Shown: piece by piece, positions 27,781-38,212 of the stretch
Position numbering within the stretch: position 1 is the stretch's first letter
How the letters are laid out: each line of letters begins with the position of its first letter
The notes under the pieces: generated by a model
Seen by the model: the letters and a program-made list of their open reading frames with translations, nothing else
What the model was told of the DNA's origin: nothing
Database searches by the model: none
Made by a program: the position numbers and the translations under genes
DNA from: an uncultured Puniceicoccaceae bacterium
Lineage (GTDB): Bacteria > Verrucomicrobiota > Verrucomicrobiia > Opitutales > Oceanipulchritudinaceae
DNA length: 64,000 bases
Assembly: GCA_963933835.1 (NCBI GenBank)
Contig: CAWVVV010000004.1
Coordinates: 64,001-128,000, forward strand
Reading direction: 5' to 3'

Positions 27781-29793
27781 ATGTCTGAGGACGATTCCCA
27801 GAACCGAAACAAACCCCTGCGCAATAACAGTCAGACTAAGATGCTGACGATTTGGGCGCTGGTGTTTTTCGCCATGATCAGCCTTCTCTTCCTCGCGAAG
27901 AATGACGGCACCACGCCCGAGACGTTGACGATCTCTCAACTGGTTGTGCTTGCTCAAGGTGATGCCATCGATGGAAAGACGATCGTTAGCGCCACGATGC
28001 AGAACAACATGAAGGGGGGCTTGCTCTGGCACGAAGTGAAGGGTGAGCTTGTTGATCTAGCAGATGAAAGGACGCCTTTTGTAGCCAGAGGGCAGCTGAC
28101 TGAATCTAACCTCGAGGTGTTGCAACTGAGCGGCTACTTTGAGGAGAAACCGGCGAGCAATCTGCTTTCCGAGATCCTCCTTACACTCCTCCCATTTCTT
28201 CTTCTCGGTGCACTCATCTACTTCTTTTTCATCCGTCAAATCCGCCAGGCAGGAAAAGGCGCGATGTCGTTTGGGAAATCGAAGGCGAAGATGCTCCAGC
28301 GCGATCACGACAAGGTGACCTTCGATGAGGTTGCTGGTTGTGATGAAAGCAAGGAAGAGGTTTCCGAGGTCGTCGACTTTTTGAAAGATCCAAAGAAGTT
28401 CGAAGAAATTGGTGGACGCATCCCTAAAGGCGTTCTTCTGATAGGCCCTCCTGGAACAGGTAAGACTTTGTTGGCCCGAGCTGTTGCAGGGGAGGCCGAT
28501 GTGCCATTCTTCACGATCAGTGGTTCAGACTTCGTCGAGATGTTTGTCGGTGTGGGTGCGGCCCGTGTCCGTGATATGTTTGAGCAAGGCCGTCGCAATG
28601 CTCCTTGTATCCTCTTTATCGATGAGATCGATGCCGTCGGTCGCCAGCGTGGTGCAGGTGTCGGTGGAGGAAACGACGAGCGCGAGCAGACTTTGAATTC
28701 TCTTCTCGTTGAGATGGATGGTTTCGATGGCCATGAAGGAGTCATCATTGTGGCAGCCACTAATCGCCCAGATGTTCTCGACAGCGCACTTCTTCGCCCA
28801 GGGCGATTTGACCGACAGGTGATGATCGATCTTCCTGATATGAGGGGCCGTGAAGAAATTCTCCGCGTCCATGCGAAGAAGATTAAGATGGCTGAGAGCG
28901 TAAATCTCGCTGAAGTCGCCTCAGGCACCCCTGGGTTCTCTGGCGCAGATCTCGCAAACCTTCTTAATGAAGGAGCCTTGCTTGCTGCGCGTTACGGTCA
29001 GAAGGAAGTTACACGTCATCACATCGATGAGGCGCGTGATAAAATCTCTTATGGTCGCGAGCGTCGTCGCCTAATGGACGAAGAAGACAAGCGTATGACG
29101 GCCTTTCACGAGGCGGGTCACGCGATTGTCAAGGCGGTCATTAATGATAAGAAATTTAAGCTTCATAAAGTGACAATCATCCCACGCGGACAATCCCTTG
29201 GGATGACGATGTTTGCCGCGACAAAGGATGTCTTAGGTTATTCGCGTACTGAACTTTTGAATACGGTCTGTATGGCCATGGGTGGCCGCCTCGGTGAAGA
29301 AGTGGAAACCGGAGATTTCAGCAACGGAGCTGCGCAGGATATTAAGCAAGCGACAAAGATCGCCCGACACATGGTCTGTGACTGGGGAATGAGTGAGCTT
29401 GGCCCCGTCGCCTATGGTGAAAATCAGGATCAGATCTTTTTGGGGCGCGAAATTAACCGCCAACAGAATTACAGTGAGGCGACCGCGAAGCGCATCGATG
29501 AGGCTATTTCGGGCATTGTTGAGAAGCAATTTGTTCGCGCTCGAAAAATTCTTGAGGAACACCGCGACGCCCTCGTTAAGACAGCCGAGGCTTTGCTTGA
29601 GCACGAGACGATCGAAGGTATTCACGTTGAAGAGATCCTCGAACATGGGGAGATTCGCAGCGATGTTGCCTTGGCGCTCGATAGTGGCCCTCCTCCAGAA
29701 AAAGAGGACGATGAAACAGAGCCCTCTAAGCCGAAGTCTAAGGATGAGAATGAGGGCACTGACATCGGCGGAGCTGAGCCAGCTCTGGCTTAA
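27781..29793 (+). CDS. ftsH: ATP-dependent zinc metalloprotease FtsH
   Basis: Two TM helices, [30 protein letters not shown]. Confidence 0.98.
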   Translation: MSEDDSQNRNKPLRNNSQTKMLTIWALVFFAMISLLFLAKNDGTTPETLTISQLVVLAQGDAIDGKTIVSATMQNNMKGGLLWHEVKGELVDLADERTPFVARGQLTESNLEVLQLSGYFEEKPASNLLSEILLTLLPFLLLGALIYFFFIRQIRQAGKGAMSFGKSKAKMLQRDHDKVTFDEVAGCDESKEEVSEVVDFLKDPKKFEEIGGRIPKGVLLIGPPGTGKTLLARAVAGEADVPFFTISGSDFVEMFVGVGAARVRDMFEQGRRNAPCILFIDEIDAVGRQRGAGVGGGNDEREQTLNSLLVEMDGFDGHEGVIIVAATNRPDVLDSALLRPGRFDRQVMIDLPDMRGREEILRVHAKKIKMAESVNLAEVASGTPGFSGADLANLLNEGALLAARYGQKEVTRHHIDEARDKISYGRERRRLMDEEDKRMTAFHEAGHAIVKAVINDKKFKLHKVTIIPRGQSLGMTMFAATKDVLGYSRTELLNTVCMAMGGRLGEEVETGDFSNGAAQDIKQATKIARHMVCDWGMSELGPVAYGENQDQIFLGREINRQQNYSEATAKRIDEAISGIVEKQFVRARKILEEHRDALVKTAEALLEHETIEGIHVEEILEHGEIRSDVALALDSGPPPEKEDDETEPSKPKSKDENEGTDIGGAEPALA

Positions 29794-29896
29794 GATCTTC
29801 CTCGTCGTGCGTCCTTGGTGTCTGAATCTTGGCGCTCGATAAAAATAATCACGATTCTTCGTCGACCTTCACAAGCGTCGCGTTTTGCTTTCTATT

Positions 29897-30250
29897 ATGG
29901 CATACACACTCAGCGGTAAAATTAAGAAGATCTTTGATCTGCAGACCTTTCCAAGTGGCTTTTCTAAACGGGAGTTCGTCGTGACGAGCACCGCAGATCG
30001 CTTTCCTCAAGACATCAAATTTGATTGTCTAAAAGATAAGGCAGATCTCCTCGAGGGCGTTAAAGAAGGCGACGAGGTCACAGTGCATTTCGATCTCGGT
30101 GGTCGCGAATACAACGGCCGCTATTTTGTAAATGTGAACGCGTGGAAGCTTGATTCAGGTAGCAGTTCTGCGGTTGGGAGCCCGAGCAGCAAAGAGCCCG
30201 AAGATACGACTGACTACAGTCCTGACGCTGTAGATGAAGTGCCTTTCTAG
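29897..30250 (+). CDS. DUF3127 family OB-fold (SSB-like) protein
   Basis: [21 protein letters not shown]...GREY.GRYF..NAWK, acidic tail ending DEVPF. Confidence 0.85.
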   Translation: MAYTLSGKIKKIFDLQTFPSGFSKREFVVTSTADRFPQDIKFDCLKDKADLLEGVKEGDEVTVHFDLGGREYNGRYFVNVNAWKLDSGSSSAVGSPSSKEPEDTTDYSPDAVDEVPF

Positions 30251-30451
30251 ACTTGATCGCAGGCGGAGGATCTCAATTCGATCCAGTATTCATCGGCTTT
30301 GCCCATAACGCATGACGAGATAGGGGCGGTTAAATGCAGGGGGTTAGCCCTAGTAAACAGGTGCTTTATCGAGATATATGTTAATTTCCTTGATAGGTGG
30401 AATTAGGCCTCCTTTGAAGGGCTCACTGTCGCTGTTGTCGACGGAGATGTC

Positions 30452-31122
30452 ATGTACCGAGTATTTTACTTATCGCGCTTGCCTGTGTAACACTGGCTCA
30501 AGCCGCCACAGATTTTGATTTTAACGTCCCTAATGATTCGACGACGAGTGCCCCGCCAACAAATCCGCCGACAGATTCTCCAAATCCTGAACAGGGTCTC
30601 GGTTTGACCAATACTTTCAGCACAGGCACCCGTATTGGGAGTTCCGAAATTGACCGCTTTTCATCTGCGGTGATTTTTGCCTGCGACTTGGATTTGCCTG
30701 ATGATCCGTCCGGACTGATTTGGGAGCAGGGAGGTAACGCCGTAGGCGCTTATGCAGGCTTCCGTTCCGACGGCGCTCTCGTTATTCGCGCCGGATTAGG
30801 ATACACGCTAGGACAAGTTTCAGGCTCGCAGGCAGCACTTCTTTACCTGCCAAAGGGCTCGATAAGTGGCTCTGGGACCCTCGTTTGGGAAATCACGGGT
30901 GGTAATAGCAGCAGCACCCCGATTCAGATTCGTGCCTGGTGGAAGGGTGTATCTATCGGGACTGTGATCTCGACTCACGGCGTCGCCCCATGGGCGGGTG
31001 GTAACGAGGGCACCTAGCTGAAAAGCAGTTCAGTTACTCCCTCTGGTGAGACAGAATCTGCCCTTCAGGTTGTCCAAGCCAGCGCCCTGCGCTACTACGA
31101 GGACCAAGTTGTTTCATTCTAG
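30452..31122 (+). pseudogene. Disrupted secreted protein (signal peptide, Pro/Thr linker, beta-rich domain)
   Basis: GGAG plus ATG 30452 is one base out of frame with LLIALACVTLAQA (T4 run 30464-30467). An in-frame TAG at 31015-31017 is followed by 34 more sense codons to TAG 31120-31122. Confidence 0.6.
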
Positions 31123-31186
31123 GTGGGTTAAGTTTTCTCTTTGAATAGGTTTGCCGAATGGCAGGCTTCGACTTCCCTTGCGCTAG

Positions 31187-32179
31187 ATGTTCTATGACGA
31201 GACAAATGTAAAGCTGCGCGCCGGCAACGGCGGCGGCGGCTGCGCCAGCTTTCGCCGGGAAAAGTATCTCCCCAGAGGAGGTCCTGACGGCGGCGATGGT
31301 GGATCTGGCGGTGACGTCATTCTTCTAGGAGACGAAAACACCGGCGACCTACGTGTATTCCACTTCAAGTCACACTGGGATGCTGAAAATGGCCAGCCAG
31401 GTGGCGGCCGGCATATGTCCGGGAGGGGAGGAGAGCATCGTATCCTGAGGGTGCCTCTTGGCCTCATCGTCTACGATCAGGATGCAGGAGAAGTTGTCGC
31501 CGAGGTGCTAGAACATGATCAAGAAATCATTTTGCTTAAGGGCGGCCGTGGCGGCCTGGGGAATTTGCACTTTAAGAGCTCCGTCCACCAGGCTCCGCGC
31601 GAGTCGACGTCTGGTACTGACGGTGAATTTGGCCAGTTCCGCTTCATCCTGAAAAGCATCGCGGATGTGGGACTCGTAGGCTTCCCGAATGCGGGTAAAA
31701 GTTCGTTTACCAGTATTGTGACGAAAGCGACGCCAAAGACGGCGGCATATCCATTTACAACGCTTACCCCCAACATCGGTGTCATTGAATACCCCGAGGA
31801 GTATGAGCGGCTTAAACTTGCCGATATCCCCGGCTTGATTGAAGGGGCACACGAAAATCGTGGTCTTGGGCATCGTTTTTTAAGACATATCGAACGGTGC
31901 AGTCTTCTCATGCTGATCATCGACATGGCGGGAGAGGATGGCCGCGATCCAGCAGATGATTATGCTAAGCTCCGAGAGGAGTTAAGGCTTTATAATCAAG
32001 AGCTTATGGATAAAGAATACGTCGTCGTCACAAATAAAATGGACGAACCAGCGGCGGTAAAAAACCTTCAAGAATTCAGGAAAGCGTTTGATGTGACGGT
32101 TTGGCCAATCTCCTGTCTCACAGAAGAAGGCATTCCAGAGCTCAAGGTGGAGCTCCAAAAGGCGATTAATAGATTGTAA
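31187..32179 (+). CDS. obgE: GTPase ObgE/CgtA
   Basis: AG.GG.GC.SFRREKY.P.GGPDGGDGG, GFPNAGKS, YPFTTL, DIPG, NKMD. Confidence 0.97.
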   Translation: MFYDETNVKLRAGNGGGGCASFRREKYLPRGGPDGGDGGSGGDVILLGDENTGDLRVFHFKSHWDAENGQPGGGRHMSGRGGEHRILRVPLGLIVYDQDAGEVVAEVLEHDQEIILLKGGRGGLGNLHFKSSVHQAPRESTSGTDGEFGQFRFILKSIADVGLVGFPNAGKSSFTSIVTKATPKTAAYPFTTLTPNIGVIEYPEEYERLKLADIPGLIEGAHENRGLGHRFLRHIERCSLLMLIIDMAGEDGRDPADDYAKLREELRLYNQELMDKEYVVVTNKMDEPAAVKNLQEFRKAFDVTVWPISCLTEEGIPELKVELQKAINRL

Positions 32180-32227
32180 TGAGGTCATCCGCTCGCGCGT
32201 AGAGGTGGAGCCTCTATTCGCACACAG

Positions 32228-32461
32228 ATGACGCACCGAATTCTTATAGTTGACGATGACCTCGAGTTTAACGCCCTGATAGGGGACGTTTTTGCTCAGG
32301 CAAATTACTCAGTCGAGACCACTCCAAATGCCGAATCGGCACTAGGGCTTCTCCGCGAGGAGACGATCTCGAATCTTCCGCCTGACATGGAGGATCTCCA
32401 AGCGATCGAGAATGCTACCTCGATCGAAGAAGCCATCGGCAAGAGCGCTGACAGCGAATAG
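32228..32461 (+). pseudogene. Truncated response-regulator receiver domain
   Basis: RILIVDDD plus helix 1/strand 2/helix 2, then unrelated sequence. No phospho-acceptor Asp strand, Thr or Lys motif. Confidence 0.65.
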
Positions 32462-32478
32462 ATGCCGTAGTTGAAAAC

Positions 32479-34416
32479 CTAAGACACATTCAATGACTGG
32501 TCATTGAAGTAGGTATAGCCGCGCAAGATCTGATCGTAGAGCGCAACGACCTCTCTACGCTGCCGAGGCGTTATCTTCTTTTTTCGGACGGCTTTTTCAG
32601 CACTTGCTCGAAAGGCCGATGCGAGGTCGCCAGCGTCATACTCAACGTAGTCGAGGACCTGGCTGACTGAATCTCCCGTCACCTCGCCTTCGATCGTGAA
32701 CTCGCCGTCGGCAATTCCAACTGATACGACGTGAGTGTCTCCCAAGAGGTTGTGCAGGTCTCCGAGGGTCTCCTGGTAAGCTCCAACTAGAAATGTGCCC
32801 AGAATATAGTCTTCCCCTTCTTTAAGCGGATGAAGCGGTAACTCTTTCTCGATTCCGCGAAAATCGATGAACCGGTCAATTTTGCCATCACAGTCACAAG
32901 TGATGTCTGCTAAAATCCCACGCTCGGTTGGCTGTTCGAGGTGGCGATGGATGGGCATTATAGGAAACAACTGCTCAATTGCCCACGCATCTGGCAGTGA
33001 TTGGAAAACGCTAAAATTGACGTGGTAGATATCAACAAGTGCGGCAGAGATGTTTTCTAGATCGGGCGGTGCGTATTTGCCCATCTTTTCAGCCATGACG
33101 GATATCTTTTTTAAGATGTGCCAATAGAGGCGATCTCCAAGGGCACGTTCGCGTAGTGAAATTTCTCCACGGTTGAAGAGGAGAGTCATCTCGCCGCGAT
33201 AGTAGAGGGCATCGTTCATTGCCTCCTGCAGCCCCTTTTGGGTCATCTTGCGGTGCATTTCCCATAAGTTAACAAGCAGCTGATGACTGTTCGTTGGTAA
33301 TTGATCAGGGAGCTCTAGGGGATTGAAGTTCGTTACCGCAAAGACGTTGAATAGAAGAATGGATGAGTAAGCTACGGTTGCGCGGCCAGACTCGCTTACG
33401 AGCGTAGGGTGTTCGACTTGAGCATCGTCGAGCACCTCCATGACCGCTTCAACGACGTCGGTGCAGTATTCATTGAGCCCGTAGTTGCATGAACCGGAGG
33501 AATTCGTCTTTGAGCCATCATAGTCGACGGCCAAGCCTCCGCCAATGTCGAGAAAGCCCATCGGGGCACCTTCGCGGACGAGACTGCTGTAATAGCGTGC
33601 GGCTTCGGTTGCTGCTTCTCGAATCGAGCGGATATTCGGAATTTGTGAACCCTGATGGTAGTGAAGTAGCTTGAGGCAGTCTAAGACGTCTGCTTCGCGT
33701 AACTGATCAACGACATTGACAAGCTGATTGATGTTGAGCCCAAAAACGCTTCGGTCTCCCCCCGAGTCGTTCCAGTGGCCAGAGCTCTTAGCGCTCAGTT
33801 TTATCCTGATCCCGAGCATGGGACGAATACCGAGCTCTTTTGAGCGTTTGAGAACGAGCGGGAGCTCTTCGAGCATCTCTAGAACGATTACAATTTGATG
33901 CCCGAGTCGACTCGCGAAGAGAGCTAGATCTATGAACTCCTGATCCTTATACCCATTGCAGATAACGAGCGCCTCTGGATTATCGATGTGTGCGAGCGCT
34001 GCGACCAGTTCGGGTTTGCTACCAGCTTCCAGTCCGAAGTTGAAGGGTTTTCCAGCCTCGGTAATCGATTCAATTACCTGTGCTTGCTGATTGACCTTGA
34101 TGGGGTAGACGCCGCGGTATTTGCCGCCGTAACCGAGCGCTTTCATTGCGCCTGAGAAGGTGTGATTTATGCGGGCTATCTGCGTTGCCAAAAACTCAGG
34201 GAAGCGGAGGACCACAGGGAGATCGCACCCGCGTTCTTGAAGACCTCGCGCGACTTCCAGGATCGAGACGGGGTGAGCTTTGCCAGTTTCGGGATCTGTG
34301 AGGCACGCTTCAACGTCACCTGATTTGTTGATGCGGAAGAGGTCCCGGCCCCAGCGTTCGATGCCGTAAAGGTCAGCTGCCGATGTCGGCTTCCAAGAAG
34401 AGCTCGAGGTTCCCAT
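32479..34416 (-). CDS. speA: Biosynthetic arginine decarboxylase
   Basis: VYPIKVNQ, GLEAGSKPEL, CNGYKD, HQGSQI, DIGGGLAVDYDG, NFSVFQSLPD.W, DITCDCDG, GAYQETLGDLHNL. Confidence 0.96.
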   Translation of the reverse strand: MGTSSSSWKPTSAADLYGIERWGRDLFRINKSGDVEACLTDPETGKAHPVSILEVARGLQERGCDLPVVLRFPEFLATQIARINHTFSGAMKALGYGGKYRGVYPIKVNQQAQVIESITEAGKPFNFGLEAGSKPELVAALAHIDNPEALVICNGYKDQEFIDLALFASRLGHQIVIVLEMLEELPLVLKRSKELGIRPMLGIRIKLSAKSSGHWNDSGGDRSVFGLNINQLVNVVDQLREADVLDCLKLLHYHQGSQIPNIRSIREAATEAARYYSSLVREGAPMGFLDIGGGLAVDYDGSKTNSSGSCNYGLNEYCTDVVEAVMEVLDDAQVEHPTLVSESGRATVAYSSILLFNVFAVTNFNPLELPDQLPTNSHQLLVNLWEMHRKMTQKGLQEAMNDALYYRGEMTLLFNRGEISLRERALGDRLYWHILKKISVMAEKMGKYAPPDLENISAALVDIYHVNFSVFQSLPDAWAIEQLFPIMPIHRHLEQPTERGILADITCDCDGKIDRFIDFRGIEKELPLHPLKEGEDYILGTFLVGAYQETLGDLHNLLGDTHVVSVGIADGEFTIEGEVTGDSVSQVLDYVEYDAGDLASAFRASAEKAVRKKKITPRQRREVVALYDQILRGYTYFNDQSLNVS

Positions 34417-34689
34417 GATATTGATAATTAGCAGTGCCTACAATTGGCCTATAAAAGACACCCATTGTTTTCTCAGAAGAGCACTTGCCGAACTTTTTCT
34501 CATCGGTGGCCAAAATATCTTTTTGACGCGCTTTGATAGCGTTTGGGCTAAGTTTTTAGCCACTTAGGCAGCAATTGAGCCCCATTTTTCAGTTCGCCTT
34601 GACCTGCCGTTTCTGCGGAGAGTCACCAATGAGTTTTGTCCGTTTTGCCTAGGGCAATCTACCTGAGAGCTTCTTAAGATACCACAAGC

Positions 34690-37600
34690 ATGCAGAATCT
34701 ATCTGATAATCTGAAAAAACAAATCGGCTTTGATCTCAATAAGGGGCACTCTGTGCTTCCGGATTCTGAGGTCGTCGAATTCATCAATCTTCAACTTTCT
34801 ACATTAGGTCAGCCGACCTATGGTGAGCCAGATTCAGATCCAATCTTAGAAATCGGCCGTGATCTTGCAGCTCACTATCGTGCGAAGGAGCGTCTTGTTG
34901 AGGCTCCGAGAGCTCCGATTGATCAACGCATCGAATCATGGTTGAATCGCTATTGCGCCGAGGCACTGAGTGGTGACAGCTTGGCACTGCCTTCTGAGAG
35001 CTTTACGCTCAGTCGTCACGGCCTAGCCCGAACGTTATCTCTTCCAGCCGATAGCGATCATTTCAGGTCTGACATTATCGACTCATACCGTATCGCTCAG
35101 GGAGTACTGCATAATCCGAAGGCAGACCGGCGCACGACAAAAGGTGTCTTCCACGTCACTGAAGGCGGGCTTCCGATTCCTGCGGATAAAAAGTCGGTGC
35201 CGAAGCAGACCTTTACGGAACTCTTCAAGGCGGCGATGAATCCGCCGAAGGCGATCATGGATCTGCCCTTTACGGCGAATCAGTCAGAAAAAGCCAAGGC
35301 ATGGGTTTCGCTCCTTCTTCGCCCCGTGGTTTGCCCAGAGGTGAAAGGCTTCATCGCTGAAAAGAGTATGGAAGTGCGCTTCTATGCCCCAGGGAATTTG
35401 GTCAGTAACCTCGACTTTGTAGAATCTATTTTTGGCAACGCTGGTGATCCCTTCCTCGCTGAAAACGATGCCGGACTAGACATTGAGCATTGGAGCGGGC
35501 ACACGGGCTGCGTCATTCTCGCAACCCACCTCCTTACGCTGAAGAAAAAGGCCGTCGGACTTCCACACATCGATGATGCAACAGATCGTCAGAAAGCTGA
35601 TGGCATGTGCTGGGAGAATGAAGAGGAGCTATACAATGATGGCTCGGCCTTCAAAATCACAGCGCGCAATGAAGAAGGTGTCATCGTTACGCTGATTGCC
35701 GACAACTACTTTGGCTACTGCAAGAAGGAGGTGAAAACACAGATTAGTTTCGCGGCTAACCTCTTTGGTTTTGTCGAGGAAGAGCACGCGGGTGGTGCGC
35801 TTGCCTTTGCTAGCTACGACTTGGGCGAAAACTTTCACCTCAGCGAGTATGTGCCAGAGGTAGATCATACGTTCGCTGAATTTCTCGAGCGACATGGAGA
35901 CGTGCTTGAACTGCGTCCCGAGGGCTTTGCGGTGGACAAGAACTATCCCGAGATTCGATACGTCCCGGAAGACGCCCATTTCTCCCTCGCAGAACAGCGA
36001 GTGACGTGGAAGAAGGGCGGTGAAGAGTCGACGATCAAGCTTCTGGCGGGACGTGTCTATGTTCTCCCGTCCGGCTACAAGGTTCACCTGAGTAAACCTG
36101 CGGAAGGACGCCGTTGGAGACTGATTGGAACGAGTGCGCAGGCTACGATGTGTCACAAGCCGTGCACAGTTAGTGGTGGTGGCAAGTCAGAGATTTCAAA
36201 ATCGATCGCTGATGCAACGATCCACATCCCGTTCTACATCAGCGATCTGCAGTCGGTTTTTGATGAGGTCGAAGCTGTCATCCATCACGACTATGGCCAT
36301 CGCTTCAAAGATACGGATATCAAAAGCAAAGATGGGCGTAAGATTCTAAGTTCAGACCGCTCTCTGGGCTCGGTCATCAAGCTGCTCACCCCGCGCAAAG
36401 AATACACCGATAAGCACAACGCTTTCGTTGAAGGCATCCCGACCCAAATCAAGGAACTCGTCCTTCTCCTTAAACGATTCTACAAGGCTGATTGGGGGGA
36501 CGACTGGCGCGAACGTTTCAGTGTCGATGTGATCAACGGGGTGGCTGGACATGAGTTAAAATACAAGAACTCAAAATTGAGTTCTAGTTATTTACGCGTG
36601 GGTTACGACAGTAAGAGTAACTGGCGTGTCTTTGGCCTTCGTAAGGATTTTGCGGCCGCCGCTAAAATCCAGATGGAAGATGATATCACAGCCTCCGTTG
36701 TGGTGCCTCGTGAACTCCTTGATGGCTTGCCAATCACAGCTCCGAATCCGTCGCTGAAATTCACCTACAATTGTGAATACCGCCTCTTCCAGCGTCCAGA
36801 CGACGCGATCATTCGAGGGTATGACAAAAAGGCAGAAGCGGACCTCTCGAGCCAGAATTCGTTCCTCTCAAACTACCAGCCGCTTACACGAGCAGAGGCT
36901 CAGGAGATCGTCGAAGACGCTGTGCGCTTTGACCACTTTACAGATCCGATGAAGAAGCGCCTGAAGGATTTTGTTTCTGAGCCAGAGACACAACCGGATT
37001 TTGTTTGTTGTTCAGCCAATCCACGTATTGTCGATGGCAGTCCGACGAAGAACCCGCGTTATCTTCAGAACCGCCTCGGGCTTGAAGATCCTGGTAGTAT
37101 CTACCTGCATCAAATGAGTTCTCGATTGTATCGGAAGTTGGATGCAGACGCCGCAATTCACTATCCTGTGAACGCCGTTTTACCGGGCCGTCGGAACAAT
37201 CCTCCGGACGGTCCGATCCGTTGTTTGGCTGTATTCAACCCCGTGCACTACATGCCACTCCCTGAGGCTTTCATGGAGTTTGTTTCGAGCATGACGGGTA
37301 AGAGTCCATCGACGACAGGGGCGGGAAGTGAAGGAGCACTGACTAAGGCTCCATTCAACGCCTTACTGCCAGTCAGTGACCTGAATTCTGCGCTGATCTC
37401 GTTCATCGTTACGGACTATAAGCCATTTGTGACGGCAGCGGGATACGTCGGTCCTAATTTCCGCGTTGATCATGATATCAGTCTACTCGTTCCGGAAATC
37501 TGGTGCCGGATGCAACTGCAGGAGCGTGATCCAGAATGGCTCATCGCGAATGGTCACCTCGAAAAGGTTGAAGATATGGTGATCGACGGGAAGGAAGTGC

Positions 37601-38145
37601 CTTCAAGTATCCTTGGTTATCGCATTACTGAGAAGTTTGTATCCGATTTCTTCGCACGGGTCTTTAGTAATCCTTCTGCTCTCTTTGATGATGCAATGTT
37701 GCGTCCTGAAAAGCAGGACATGGCTGTTTTTGCCGATGGCATTAACAACATGCTGACGACCCACAAACGCGTTTCTGAGAATTACTTTGCGGATAACAGC
37801 ATCGAGCTTGCTTGCCCGCCGCTCAAAGCACTTCTGCACATCATGCGTGATGGAAGTTTCGAGGGCATGACACTTCAAAGTCCTGAGCTGCGTGCTCTCT
37901 TTGATCGTGATACTATGATCGACAGCGATTGGTATCAGGCTCGGCTCGATGCGGCGCAAAACGCCGCTGTATCTCGCTGGCAGAAACAACAGAAATATAT
38001 CAACGGTTTGACTGAGCGCTCGACACCTGATCTCGCTGCGAAACGCAAGATAGTCGAGGCTGAGTTGGCCCGTCTCTCGTCCGCTGAATTCCGGGAATCA
38101 CTCGTCGGCACGATTGGCCGAGATCCAAACTTTATGGTCGAATAG
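34690..38145 (+). CDS. Pyrophosphate-dependent PEP carboxykinase (PPi-PEPCK / PEP carboxytransphosphorylase)
   Basis: 1151 aa; LHNP.ADRRTTKGVFH, NLDFVESIFGN, ADNYFGYCKKE, EEEHAGGA, HKPCTVSGGGKSEISKS, GKSPSTTGAGSEGALTK, DHDISLL. Confidence 0.85.
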   Translation: MQNLSDNLKKQIGFDLNKGHSVLPDSEVVEFINLQLSTLGQPTYGEPDSDPILEIGRDLAAHYRAKERLVEAPRAPIDQRIESWLNRYCAEALSGDSLALPSESFTLSRHGLARTLSLPADSDHFRSDIIDSYRIAQGVLHNPKADRRTTKGVFHVTEGGLPIPADKKSVPKQTFTELFKAAMNPPKAIMDLPFTANQSEKAKAWVSLLLRPVVCPEVKGFIAEKSMEVRFYAPGNLVSNLDFVESIFGNAGDPFLAENDAGLDIEHWSGHTGCVILATHLLTLKKKAVGLPHIDDATDRQKADGMCWENEEELYNDGSAFKITARNEEGVIVTLIADNYFGYCKKEVKTQISFAANLFGFVEEEHAGGALAFASYDLGENFHLSEYVPEVDHTFAEFLERHGDVLELRPEGFAVDKNYPEIRYVPEDAHFSLAEQRVTWKKGGEESTIKLLAGRVYVLPSGYKVHLSKPAEGRRWRLIGTSAQATMCHKPCTVSGGGKSEISKSIADATIHIPFYISDLQSVFDEVEAVIHHDYGHRFKDTDIKSKDGRKILSSDRSLGSVIKLLTPRKEYTDKHNAFVEGIPTQIKELVLLLKRFYKADWGDDWRERFSVDVINGVAGHELKYKNSKLSSSYLRVGYDSKSNWRVFGLRKDFAAAAKIQMEDDITASVVVPRELLDGLPITAPNPSLKFTYNCEYRLFQRPDDAIIRGYDKKAEADLSSQNSFLSNYQPLTRAEAQEIVEDAVRFDHFTDPMKKRLKDFVSEPETQPDFVCCSANPRIVDGSPTKNPRYLQNRLGLEDPGSIYLHQMSSRLYRKLDADAAIHYPVNAVLPGRRNNPPDGPIRCLAVFNPVHYMPLPEAFMEFVSSMTGKSPSTTGAGSEGALTKAPFNALLPVSDLNSALISFIVTDYKPFVTAAGYVGPNFRVDHDISLLVPEIWCRMQLQERDPEWLIANGHLEKVEDMVIDGKEVPSSILGYRITEKFVSDFFARVFSNPSALFDDAMLRPEKQDMAVFADGINNMLTTHKRVSENYFADNSIELACPPLKALLHIMRDGSFEGMTLQSPELRALFDRDTMIDSDWYQARLDAAQNAAVSRWQKQQKYINGLTERSTPDLAAKRKIVEAELARLSSAEFRESLVGTIGRDPNFMVE

Positions 38146-38212
38146 TCACTGATTTTTCTCCCTTCACGTCTGCGGGGTTGCCAGAAGGCGCAGCTTCCGC
38201 AGCGTGAGGCGG

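Noticed and set aside
31015..31017. Programmed amber readthrough or pyrrolysine
   Set aside because: The same gene also has a frameshift at its start, TAG is a normal stop for many genes here, and no pyl genes are visible.
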